DNA from: Candidatus Shapirobacteria bacterium
GTDB taxonomy: Bacteria; Patescibacteriota; Microgenomatia; UBA12405; BS750m-G30
Assembly: GCA_043817235.1 (NCBI GenBank)
Contig: JBDRHA010000011.1
Coordinates: 191,769-255,768 of the forward strand
Length of the DNA stretch: 64,000 nucleotides
Reading direction: 5' to 3'
Below the pieces are notes generated by a model, which was given only the letters and a program-made list of their open reading frames with translations, was not told the DNA's origin and searched no databases. A program made the translations under genes and the position numbers. This document shows, one piece after another, positions 9,945 to 19,097 of this stretch (positions are counted from its first letter, which is position 1; each line of letters begins with the position of its first letter).

Positions 9945-10190
9945 ATCATAAAAGAAAGCCTGAAGACTTACAAGCGGAAGAATAAATCCTCCCCTTCGCT
10001 CCAGGCTACTCCTGCATCTATTCCTCCTCAGGGAAACTATGCGCAAGATTTGAAAGTGCAAGATAAGCCTATTTTATCATAGAAAAAGGCCTGAAGATTT
10101 CATAAGTCGAAGGTTTCCCCTCGCTAACTTCAGGCCCCCTGCACCCTCCTGGCAAACTCATCCGCAAGATTCCAACTGGCCTTCATGGGT
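9945..10190. repeat. two imperfect tandem copies (~115 nt each) of a structured intergenic element
   Basis: unit 1 approx 9945-10060 and unit 2 approx 10075-10190 align (tcataaaagaaagcctgaag... / tcatagaaaaaggcctgaag... both ending ...gcgcaagatt / ...ccgcaagatt); each contains an inverted repeat (GGCCTGAAG...CTTCAGGCC in unit 2). Confidence 0.6.
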
Positions 10191-10204
10191 TTCTTCCTTT
10201 AGTT

Positions 10205-10769
10205 TTGATCATCTCAAGCAGCCGCAAAGGCAACTCGAGATATAGAAGAGCGACTCTAGAACAACTCGTAGGACTTTCCGACCAAGAGAGGCGCTCATCT
10301 CTCCTCCTTCTAGGAGATTACTCCCAGTCTGCTCCTGACCCAAAATGCTATTTCCAGGCCAAGAATGAAGTCTCACTTTTAAAAGAACCGCGCGGTGCAT
10401 TTGTTACTTTATATAAAAATAACAATCTAAGAGGCTGTGTTGGCCACTGCAGCCGCCACTCAAGACAATCGTTTTTCACCGGTCAAAATAGCCGAACTAC
10501 CCGAATTAAAGATTGAAATTTCTGTTTTATCGCCTAAAAAGAAAATTTCTGATTGGCGCGAAATTGTCTTAGGTTACGATGGGGTAGTTATTGAAAATCA
10601 AAACCGAAGCGGCACTTTTTTACCCCAGGCAGCCACAGAAGCAAACTGGACTTTAGAAAAATTTTTAATTGAGCTTTGTACCCAAAAAGCCGGCTTGCCA
10701 GCCAATTGTTATTTGGATCCCCAAGCCAATATTTATACTTTCCAAGCTCAGATTTTTAGTGAGCCCTAA
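10205..10769 (+). pseudogene. AMMECR1-domain protein, disrupted (frame change/deletion near 10437-10445)
   Basis: frame 2 encodes RGAFVTLYKNNNLRGCVG (AMMECR1 hallmark) and frame 0 continues LATAAATQDNRFSPV...GYDGVVIENQNRSGTFLPQ (AMMECR1 C-terminal half); the two parts overlap where ~15 aa would be expected between them. Confidence 0.6.
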
Positions 10770-11187
10770 ATCCTCTCCCCCAACTTTTTTTAAAACCAAA
10801 AAGATAATAAGAATCAATATTATTATCTTCGGCCCATTTTTCTAGCTCCTCTTTTCCACTTTGCCAATTTTCCTGCCTTTGCCCTCTTAATTCCTCTCTT
10901 TTTTGCAAAATTAATTCTTTTTGCTCAGCTGTTATTTTTCCTTCAGAAATCGCTTGGCCTAGTCTTTCATTAAATCTGTTTTGCATTTCTTGTTGATGAT
11001 CTTCTCTGACCTCGTCAAAAACCGCTTTCACCTCTTCTTTATCAAGGCTAAACCTTTCCACTAAGCGCCCTATAATGGGTGGATATTTATTATTACTACC
11101 CTGAGCATAAACCACAGCCGTCCGATAAGCAGCCAGAGTGACAATAGCTAAACAAAGGGTGATTGGGATCAGTGTTTTGTTTTTCAT
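10756..11187 (-). CDS. secreted hypothetical protein with signal peptide and LTxxQ-like motif (possible Spy/CpxP-like periplasmic stress protein)
   Basis: probable start at MKNKTLIPITLCLAIVTLAAY signal peptide; ITAEQKELILQKREEL segment; directly downstream of an ECF sigma/anti-sigma pair. Confidence 0.4.
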   Translation of the reverse strand: MKNKTLIPITLCLAIVTLAAYRTAVVYAQGSNNKYPPIIGRLVERFSLDKEEVKAVFDEVREDHQQEMQNRFNERLGQAISEGKITAEQKELILQKREELRGQRQENWQSGKEELEKWAEDNNIDSYYLFGFKKSWGRGFRAH

Positions 11188-11194
11188 ACTAATA

Positions 11195-11617
11195 TTACAA
11201 ACCCCGAGAAGGTTTTCTTTCAAGAATTCTTTCCCGGTAAAAAGGCTGGAGGTGCTTAATACGACAGGCTCTTTCATTAACTCGAAGCAAGTTCAGGAAA
11301 AGACCCAGCAAAAAAATTCCTCCCACCAAAGCTAGAACTAAAAAAAGAAAAGGCTTTTTGTAGGAAAAATCGTATTTTTTAAGTAAAACAAAACCTAAAA
11401 AAATGCTGGCTACCATTACCAAAAATGGCAGCCAAGGAAAATAAAAAGAGCGCATTCTTAAGTGAAAAAACAAAACATTTATGAAAAAAACAGCAAGAAA
11501 AATCGCCAAAATAAAACCAAAGCTTAATATAATAGACTCAAAAATAAAATAGATTCTTGGCCGCATTTTTAAATGCTTGCTTTTTATCTCTTTCATTACT
11601 TTTTTACTTAAGTCCAT
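11195..11617 (-). CDS. membrane protein, putative anti-sigma factor
   Basis: 140 aa, three TM helices, overlaps the stop of the ECF sigma factor gene by 14 nt. Confidence 0.4.
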   Translation of the reverse strand: MDLSKKVMKEIKSKHLKMRPRIYFIFESIILSFGFILAIFLAVFFINVLFFHLRMRSFYFPWLPFLVMVASIFLGFVLLKKYDFSYKKPFLFLVLALVGGIFLLGLFLNLLRVNERACRIKHLQPFYRERILERKPSRGL

Positions 11618-12179
11618 GTTCTTTTCCTCTCTTTTTTTCTACAATTTTTTTAAGCAATTTCTTTCCTCTGCTAATTAAGGTCCCCACTGTTCCTAAGGGT
11701 TTACGCAAAATATCGCCGATCTCTTCGTAAGAATACTCTTCCAAATAAAAAAGGGCCAGAGGCGAGCGATATTTTAGAGGCAGTTTTTTTAACGATGTTT
11801 TGACTAATCTTCTAATTTCTTTTTGCTCAAATTCCGCTTCCACATTAGATTTGCTTTTAAAAATTTCTTCAATCCAGGAATTGTCTTCCAAAGAAACTTC
11901 TCTTTTTTTCTTTTTAACCAGATTCATTGCCTCATTATGGGCAATTCGATAAATCCAGGAGGAAAATTTTCTTTTGACATCAAATCCCTGAAGATTAATA
12001 TAAGCCTTAAGAAAAGCTTCCTGGGCAGCGTCTGCCGCCAAATACTCATCACCTACTAAAAAAGTTAGATAGCGAATTAGCTTCTCTTGATAACGAAGAA
12101 CAATCTCCCGATAAGCATCAGAATCCCCCACCCGAACTATTTTGACTATTTCTTCATCGCTTAATTTATCCAAGCTCAA
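11604..12179 (-). CDS. RNA polymerase sigma factor, ECF (sigma-70 region 2 and region 4)
   Basis: 191 aa; conserved FLKAY..L and region 4 helix-turn-helix (SYEEIGDILRKPLGTVGTLISRGKKLL). Confidence 0.8.
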   Translation of the reverse strand: MSLDKLSDEEIVKIVRVGDSDAYREIVLRYQEKLIRYLTFLVGDEYLAADAAQEAFLKAYINLQGFDVKRKFSSWIYRIAHNEAMNLVKKKKREVSLEDNSWIEEIFKSKSNVEAEFEQKEIRRLVKTSLKKLPLKYRSPLALFYLEEYSYEEIGDILRKPLGTVGTLISRGKKLLKKIVEKKRGKEHGLK

Positions 12180-12562
12180 TGATCGTGTTCCTCTTCTTCT
12201 GCAGCCATTGCGTCCGCCCTCGTAGCATGAATTGTCCCATCCGGATGATTAGGAGGAGAGTAAACAGTATAAAGCTGTAAATTCTCTGTTCCTGTATTAA
12301 TTACATTATGCCCTGAACCAGCCGGAACAATTACAGCATCCCCATCTTTTACCTCATATTCCTGCCCATCAATAATCACTTTCCCCTTGCCGGCTTCAAA
12401 GCGGAAAAACTGGTCAACGTGATCATGAACTTCTGATCCAATATCTTCACCTGCCTTGATACTCATTAAAACTAACTGTGCGTGCTTGCCGGTAAAAAGA
12501 ACCTGGCGAAAATTAGTATTTTCCAAAGTATCTTTCTCAATTTTGGCGTAAAATCCACTCAT
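12176..12562 (-). CDS. cupin domain protein
   Basis: 128 aa; cupin motifs G(x)5HxH (EVHDHVD) and GxxxxxPxGxxH (VIVPAGSGHNV); His/Glu-rich C-terminus. Confidence 0.7.
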   Translation of the reverse strand: MSGFYAKIEKDTLENTNFRQVLFTGKHAQLVLMSIKAGEDIGSEVHDHVDQFFRFEAGKGKVIIDGQEYEVKDGDAVIVPAGSGHNVINTGTENLQLYTVYSPPNHPDGTIHATRADAMAAEEEEHDH

Positions 12563-12598
12563 TATTTTCCTCCTTCTTTCTTTTCAAAATTTAATCTA

Positions 12599-14572
12599 TT
12601 AATATCCTACCACATCACCAAACGAGGGCGAAAGCTCTATCTGAGTAAATATTTCCTCCCGGCTCTGTCGAAACTCGTCCACTTTACTTTCTAGCTCTGC
12701 CTCTAAGCTTTCCACTACTTGGGAATAGAAAGGAGCCATATTATTTAAATTAGCAGGATCTAAAACAAGATCGTAAAGTCGATTTTCCCCGGTAAAATAG
12801 TCATGAATTAATTTCAAATTCCCCCTGATAATCGCTCTTCTTTCTGATCCGTAACCCGTTCCCTCCGAAATAATATCTTTAGCAGGCAACTCTTCTCCTT
12901 TTAAAATCGGCTTTAAACTTTGACCCTGAAGAAATTGCGGTTGCTTTCCACCCGCTAAATCAATAATCGTCGGGTAAAGATCAGCTAAAGAAACATTGCT
13001 TATTGTTCTTTGAGCAGAGATTTGCGGGCCGACAACTACTAAAGGTATTTTGATTGTTTCGGTGTAAAAAGTTTTGCCGTGGCCCAAGCCGCCATGATCC
13101 CAAAATTCTTCACCGTGGTCAGCGGAAATAATTAAAATTGTGTTCTGAGTCAAGCCCAAGTCTTCCATTTTTTGCCAAATTTCTCCAACTGCTGCATCAA
13201 CCAAACTAATATCCCCATCATATAGAGAAACTAAAGCCTGACGATCAATTTCCCGCCAGCGGATACGATCCGGGTTATGAGCTGATGCCTCGCGCAATTC
13301 CGTTTCCCGGCCCGATTCTAAAGCAGAAAGATTCGGACTAAAATCCTCTCCCGGATCATAAGGGGCGTGGGGGTCGATATAATGCAACCAAAGAAAAAAG
13401 CGACTATCCGCATAATTTTCTAAAAAAGGCAGAGCCCAACGATTAATTTCCCAAGCCCGGGTTTCAAACTGTTTTGGCCCAGAAGGACCAGTAAAAAAGG
13501 TATAAAGTTTTTCCAAGCTCCTTTCTGCCCCGGGAATTCGATTAACCAGCAAGGTTAAGGCCATAATTTTAAAATGAAATTGATAGTGATAGGGCATTAG
13601 TTTTTCTAAATTAACAAAGCCGTCAAAACCTTGGGAAAACCCCCGGTCAGCGGCCAGAAGCTCATTAGTTAAAATGGCCTGAGTATTATATCCTAGAGTT
13701 TGCATCCTTTCCGCCAAGGTCTCTACTTGGGAGGTCAGAAAATTACTGTTCTCTATTTGGCCGAAAGAAAGATTGTCAACGCTGATTTTTAGCTCGGTAG
13801 GCAAACGGGAAGAATTGAGAGTTGCCAGCGAGGGCAAGGTCCAAGGCGCGTTGGTAAAAGTATTCTCAAAAACAACTCCCTTTTTTGCAATTAGATCTAA
13901 ATTCGGGGAAATATTGTTTTCGTATCCCATAAAACCTAGGTGGTCGGCTCGCAAAGCGTCAATGGTAAGCAAAACAATATTCGGGCTTCCCAAACCAGCA
14001 GACTGATTAATCCGCGGTTTTTTGGGCAACCCCGGCAAGCCGCTTAAATGATGATTTAGCGCAATAATTAGCAAACTTGAAAAAAGCAAACCAAAAAGAG
14101 AAAAAGAAAAGATCGCCAGAGTTTTTTTTAATTTCCCAAAAATCTTTTTTTTGTTTTGCAGGAAAAGAACGGCTGGATAGATTAATAGTCCAGATATCCC
14201 CCCAAGGCCTAGGCTGACAGAAAACAACAAAAGCTTGACAGGAATTTTGAAAAATACACTTTGAAATCGGCCGAAAAGGAAAACAAAAACCACCAGACCA
14301 AAAGCAAAGCCAAAACTTAAAGAAATAATTATCTCTTCTTTTCGGCTTTTTTCTTTGAAAAAAACTCTTGTTAAAAAACCAAATCCCAACCCCGATAAAC
14401 CAAAAAATAAGACATGAAAAAATAAAATAAAAATTATGGCAATAAGGGAATTTTTAGGGAAAACAGCCAGATCATGAAAAGAAGAGAGCAAGATTGAAAT
14501 AGATTGCTGGCTTGCAAACACTAAGCCCGCCAGGGAAGCGGAAACAAAACCGGTAATTAAAGTTTTCTTCAC
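12599..14572 (-). CDS. sulfatase/LtaS-family membrane protein (N-terminal multi-TM, C-terminal alkaline-phosphatase-superfamily sulfatase domain)
   Basis: about six N-terminal TM helices; NIVLLTIDALRADHLGFMGY sulfatase N-terminal motif; DHGEEFWDHG metal-binding region. Confidence 0.7.
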   Translation of the reverse strand: MKKTLITGFVSASLAGLVFASQQSISILLSSFHDLAVFPKNSLIAIIFILFFHVLFFGLSGLGFGFLTRVFFKEKSRKEEIIISLSFGFAFGLVVFVFLFGRFQSVFFKIPVKLLLFSVSLGLGGISGLLIYPAVLFLQNKKKIFGKLKKTLAIFSFSLFGLLFSSLLIIALNHHLSGLPGLPKKPRINQSAGLGSPNIVLLTIDALRADHLGFMGYENNISPNLDLIAKKGVVFENTFTNAPWTLPSLATLNSSRLPTELKISVDNLSFGQIENSNFLTSQVETLAERMQTLGYNTQAILTNELLAADRGFSQGFDGFVNLEKLMPYHYQFHFKIMALTLLVNRIPGAERSLEKLYTFFTGPSGPKQFETRAWEINRWALPFLENYADSRFFLWLHYIDPHAPYDPGEDFSPNLSALESGRETELREASAHNPDRIRWREIDRQALVSLYDGDISLVDAAVGEIWQKMEDLGLTQNTILIISADHGEEFWDHGGLGHGKTFYTETIKIPLVVVGPQISAQRTISNVSLADLYPTIIDLAGGKQPQFLQGQSLKPILKGEELPAKDIISEGTGYGSERRAIIRGNLKLIHDYFTGENRLYDLVLDPANLNNMAPFYSQVVESLEAELESKVDEFRQSREEIFTQIELSPSFGDVVGY

Positions 14573-15960
14573 TTTTTCCTTAAGCCTATTCTATGCAAAA
14601 TCCAGCCAAAAGTCACTCCAGCAAACAAGCCTACGCCCACCTGCCATCTTAAAATATCCGCCCAAAAACCAGAACTTAAGCTCATTTGATCAAACCAAGC
14701 TGTCCCTGGCCCATCTTGAACCAGCCAAAGATTGACGGACGCGGTTTTTTCCGGAACCTGAAAATCAAGCCGGAATTCCTGCCAATCGGAGGTTTTTAAA
14801 CAGCCCGAAGAAGGAGCGGAAAGGCCAATCTGTCCACCCAACTCATCTAAAAAGATCACTTCGGCCCGCGCTTCTTTTTGGAGATCTTGGCATTTATAAT
14901 AACCGGCCAAAAGATAATTTTTTCCCGGCTTTAAATCCAGATATTGATGGGTAAAAAGCATTCCCTTGCCCGCATATTCTAGCTTCAAGCTTTGCTTGCC
15001 TTGATAAAAAACATTTTTGTCTATTCCAAACTGATAAGCTTCGCCTTCGGTGAGCAAGTCTCCCTTTTGCCAACCGTCGGGGAAGTTGTCTTGATCTTGA
15101 TCTTTCTCAAAACCAGTATTAGTAAAATTGGAATATTGCGGAAGCGGGCTTTCTCCATACTGCCAAATAATTTCTCCTTGGCTATTTACTTCCACTACCC
15201 GCGCTTGAGAAGAAACAGAGATTAAAATATTACCGTTTCCTAAATAATCTGCCTCATAAGGAAAGCTTAAAAAGCCCTTAAATTCTTTTACTGTTTCCCC
15301 TTGGTCGTCAATTTCCACTACTCGCTGATTTTTAGAATCAGTAATCAGATAATTATTATTGCCAAATAAATCTATATCTCGCGGCCAATAAAGGGCAGAA
15401 TCTTTGCTTCCATACTCCCAAACAATTTCTCCTTTTAGATTTACTCTAATGACTTTATTTCTTTCCGAATCGGAAATCAAAGTATCGCCGTTTTCTAGTC
15501 GATCTGCATTATGGGGCCGATTTAAATCAGTATATTGCCAATAAACATTTCCCTGCCGGTCAATCTCGATTACTCGATTATGATTCCGGTCAGTTACCAA
15601 AAAATGGCCGTTTTCTAAAATATCAACGTCATTAGGATAAGAAAGAGAAAAATTAGATTGCCAGACAAGCTCTTTGTCCCTATTCACTTCTATCAAACGG
15701 TTATTGCCGGTATCAGCAATAATCAAATTACCGTTAGACAAAATTTTGGCGCTATGAGCAAAAACCAAGCCATCTTCATAAGTCCAAACAACTCCGCCCT
15801 TTTCATCTACTTCTATTACCTTGCTTCCTTTTTTTTGCCAAGCCCGGCCGCCAGCGTCAGCAATCAGGGTATGGCCATTTCCCAATCTTTCCGCTTCCAT
15901 TGGCCGCTCTAAAGTAATTTCACTAGCCCAAAGCAAACCAAGCAAAAGGGAAATCATCAC
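14569..15960 (-). CDS. beta-propeller repeat protein with C-terminal carbohydrate-binding-like domain and TM anchor
   Basis: repeated ~45-aa blades (G..L..D.....V.E.D..G..VW); C-terminal segment FPDGWQKGD...QGKQSLKLEY resembles a CBM4/9-like beta-sandwich; terminal hydrophobic helix. Confidence 0.4.
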   Translation of the reverse strand: MMISLLLGLLWASEITLERPMEAERLGNGHTLIADAGGRAWQKKGSKVIEVDEKGGVVWTYEDGLVFAHSAKILSNGNLIIADTGNNRLIEVNRDKELVWQSNFSLSYPNDVDILENGHFLVTDRNHNRVIEIDRQGNVYWQYTDLNRPHNADRLENGDTLISDSERNKVIRVNLKGEIVWEYGSKDSALYWPRDIDLFGNNNYLITDSKNQRVVEIDDQGETVKEFKGFLSFPYEADYLGNGNILISVSSQARVVEVNSQGEIIWQYGESPLPQYSNFTNTGFEKDQDQDNFPDGWQKGDLLTEGEAYQFGIDKNVFYQGKQSLKLEYAGKGMLFTHQYLDLKPGKNYLLAGYYKCQDLQKEARAEVIFLDELGGQIGLSAPSSGCLKTSDWQEFRLDFQVPEKTASVNLWLVQDGPGTAWFDQMSLSSGFWADILRWQVGVGLFAGVTFGWILHRIGLRKK

Positions 15961-16193
15961 GCTAATATAGCATAAGCCCTCCTTGATTTGTCAAACCTAA
16001 TAAACTAAAATTGGCCCATGTTTGACCAAAATGATTTCCCTTTTGCTCTTTTTCTTGTGGCCGGCTATATTGATTTGGGCACCACTCAAAACGTTGTTTC
16101 ATCATTAGGACCAGTTATCGCTACTGCTTCTGCTTTTTTCTTGGGTTTTTTTGGCTTTTTTTTCACCCGGATTAAGAAATTCATCAAAAAAAT

Positions 16194-17864
16194 ATGGCCG
16201 TTCAAAAAGTCTTAGTTCTCTGTATTGATGGGCTGGAACCCAAAATAATCAATCGCTTGCTTTCCCAAAACAAACTGCCTAATTTTAAAAAACTAAAATA
16301 CTACTCTTCACTAAGAACTACTATTCCGCCGCAATCGCCGACGGCCTGGGCTTCTTTTATCACTGGTTTATCAGCTCAAGAGCATCAACTGGTTGATTTT
16401 GTCAAAAGAAAACCAAAAAATTACGGACTATATTTGGCTCACTCTCCCCGAGATAAAAATCTACCATTTCAGGGCAAGCCTTTTTGGGAAAAAAAGAAAG
16501 ATATTAAAACTAAAGTTTTATTTTTACCAGATACTTTTCCTGCGCCTCAAAACACCAAAACTCAAATAATTTCCGGCCTAGGAACCCCAGATATTTTAGG
16601 AACCGAAGGCAGTTTCACTCTTTTTAGCCAAAAGAAAAGCGAAGTCGAATTAAATCGCGGTCAAAAAATAATTCTTTCTCAATCCAAAAAAATTAACACT
16701 TTTCTTCCCGGACCGGACTTTCAAATTTTAACCGGAACGAAAAAAAGCAATCTTCCGCTTTTATTAGAAATTAATAAAAATAACTTAAAAATCAAATTAT
16801 CTAATCAGAAAATTATCTTAAAGGAAAAAGAATTTTCCCCTTGGATCAGGCTTTCTTTTCAAAAAGGCTTTAAAAGGGTTTGGGCAATCGCTAAGTTTTA
16901 CTTGGTTTCTTTAAAACCCTTAAAGCTTTATCTTTCGCCCCTGCAAATTGATCCTTTAAAACCGCTTTATCTTATTTCTTCACCTTTTTCTTTTTCTAAA
17001 AATTTAGCATCAAAATATGGATCATTTGCCACCCTAGGCCTTCCCCATGATGCTTGGGCTTATGACCAAAATATTTTTTCCCAAAAAGCCTTTTTATCAC
17101 AAGTTAATGATCTTTTTCTTGAGAGAGAAAAAATCATCTTAGGCGAGCTAAAAGATTTTTCGGCCGATTTATTCGTCGCTTACTTGGGCACAATTGACAC
17201 TATTCAGCATATGTTTTGGGGCAATAGAGAAATTATTAATCATTATTACCAAAAAATAGACGAGCTTCTTGGATAAATACTCAGCCTTCTTCAAAATAAC
17301 GACCGGCTTTTTATCCTCTCTGATCACGGTTTTGGCCCTTTTAATTGGGAATTTAATTTAAATACTTGGCTGAAAAAGAATAGTTTTCTTAGCCTTAAAA
17401 ATAATAAAAAAAGCGGCAGTGAGCTATTAGCAGATATAGACTGGAGTAAAACCCAAGCTTATGCCTTAGGCTTTAATAGTCTTTATTTAAATTTAAAAGG
17501 CAGAGAAGGAAAAGGAATAGTCAGCCCACAAAGCAAAAATGATCTATTAAAAGAGATAAGAAAAAAGCTTTTAGCCCAAAAAAATCCGCAGACTAAGAAA
17601 TTTATCATAAAAAACGTTTATCAAGGACAGGAATCGGATTTAATCATCGGCTATTTTACCGGCACTCGGGCCTCCTGGGCCACGGCGGCCGGTGCAACGC
17701 CAAAGAAGATTTTAGTTAAAAGAAAAGGCCAATGGCAAGGTGATCATCTTTTTGACCAAACCGAAGTTCCCGGAGTCTTGTTTGCTAACTATAATTTAAA
17801 AATCAAAAACCCTCAAATTACCCAAGTAATGAATCTAGCTTTAAAAGAGTTACCAATAGCCTAA
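16194..17864 (+). pseudogene. alkaline phosphatase superfamily protein (type I phosphodiesterase/nucleotide pyrophosphatase-like) interrupted by an in-frame TAA at 17274-17276
   Basis: N-terminus VLVLCIDGLEP...TIPPQSPTAWASFITG (Phosphodiest family); reading continues in the same frame after the stop as ILSLLQNNDRLFILSDHGFGP... to a TAA at 17862-17864. Confidence 0.65.
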
Positions 17865-17962
17865 GTTTTTAAGGCGTTTTTTTACTTCTTCGTCAGAGTC
17901 TTCTTTTTTAAAGCAAGAAGAACAAAATATTTTTTTGATTTTCGCTATTAATTTTTTGAGCA

Positions 17963-18328
17963 TCAGAAAATAAGCATTAAGAGAATGAAAAGAAAGACGA
18001 ACAAAAGCGCCCAAAGGGCTGTATAACCCACCAATCTTAAAGCTTGTTTGGTTTCTTTTTTTTCCCAAAACAAATAAAAGGGAAAGCTAAAAACAATAAG
18101 CCCGCAAATTAAAGCGGAAACCGCAAATAAAAGCAAAACAAAAACCGGGCCAAAATAGCCAGGGGCAGCAAACCAGCTATTTCCTTTCCAAAAGATTATA
18201 CCTACCAAACCACAATAACCCAATAATGCCAAAGCCTGATAAAGGGCGATTTTTCGCAACGGATAATCTTTCTTCCGAAACCAGCGAAACATAAAAAGAT
18301 TATAGCAAAGAAGATACTTGACAAGCAA
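17963..18328 (-). CDS. hypothetical membrane protein
   Basis: 121 aa with 3-4 hydrophobic helices; overlapping alternative-frame ORFs 17850-18068 and 18202-18417 judged less likely. Confidence 0.3.
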   Translation of the reverse strand: MLVKYLLCYNLFMFRWFRKKDYPLRKIALYQALALLGYCGLVGIIFWKGNSWFAAPGYFGPVFVLLLFAVSALICGLIVFSFPFYLFWEKKETKQALRLVGYTALWALLFVFLFILLMLIF

Positions 18329-18401
18329 ATAGCCACAGGCTCGGACTTGCGCCTTAATAATTTTCTGCTAAACTGAAAATAGTTATTAATTTTAAATAAG
18401 C

Positions 18402-18827
18402 ATGAAGAACAACTCAAACAACCCTGGCCTAATTCTAGTTATTAGTTATTTTTTAATTTTTTTAGCCAATAGTTTAGTAATTATTTTAACTAATCTTCTA
18501 TTTCCTAATTTTATTGTTTTGGGCACTGCTTGCCATACTAAACTCTGGGCAATAATTCAAAGCATGGGCGTTTTAGCTTTAATAAATACTCTTGCAATTC
18601 CCTTAATAAGGGAATACGAAAATAAAAGGGGGAAAATGCTTAATTCCCAAGAGTGGATGCTTGCTTATTTTTTGGTTAATTTTGCCGGCCTTTGGATAGT
18701 AGCCCGATTTGCCAAAAATTTTGGCTTAGGCATTAGTTCTTGGGTAGTCGCTTTAGTTTTAGCCATTGTTCTGGATGCAGTCCAGAGCGCGACCATGATT
18801 AAATTAGAAAAATTCAGAACCAAGTAA
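18402..18827 (+). CDS. hypothetical membrane protein
   Basis: 141 aa, four predicted TM helices. Confidence 0.4.
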   Translation: MKNNSNNPGLILVISYFLIFLANSLVIILTNLLFPNFIVLGTACHTKLWAIIQSMGVLALINTLAIPLIREYENKRGKMLNSQEWMLAYFLVNFAGLWIVARFAKNFGLGISSWVVALVLAIVLDAVQSATMIKLEKFRTK

Positions 18828-19050
18828 GTTAGGTCTTTTGGCCAGCCTCTAGAAAACGATTTCCTTGCCTCATTCAATTTATCCTTCATTCTCTCTAAAG
18901 TAAAACTTAGTAAAATTCTATAACCGCAAACAGAAAATAGTCAAAAAAATGTAGAGTTAGATTTACATGCAGTCCGAAAAGAATGATTTATGCAATTTAT
19001 GACAATTTTGCTATGCTGAAAATATGGCTGAGAAAGGACACAAATTAGGG

Positions 19051-19087
19051 AACTTCCCGAGGTTACAAGGATAATCAACTCCCGAGG
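19051..19087. repeat. partial copy of the CCCGAGGTT repeat family (CTTCCCGAGGTTACAAGGATAATCAACTCCCGAGGTTG)
   Basis: shares the 16-mer TCAACTCCCGAGGTTG with 4475-4490 and 37863-37878; lies 10-60 nt upstream of korA. Confidence 0.55.
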
Positions 19088-19097
19088 TTGTTGAGTT

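Noticed and set aside
9945-10190. CRISPR array
   Set aside because: There are only two long (~115 nt) imperfect units with no short unique spacers; the window contains no other direct-repeat/spacer structure
17850-18417. Alternative ORFs 17850-18068 and 18202-18417 overlapping the 17963-18328 membrane-protein ORF
   Set aside because: They are mutually incompatible overlapping frames; only the longest hydrophobic ORF is retained, at low confidence, and the region may be non-coding
18990-19030. Sigma-70 promoter upstream of korA (ATGACA ... ATATGG)
   Set aside because: Hexamers and spacing are poor matches; the conserved CCCGAGGTT repeat is a more convincing regulatory candidate in this region
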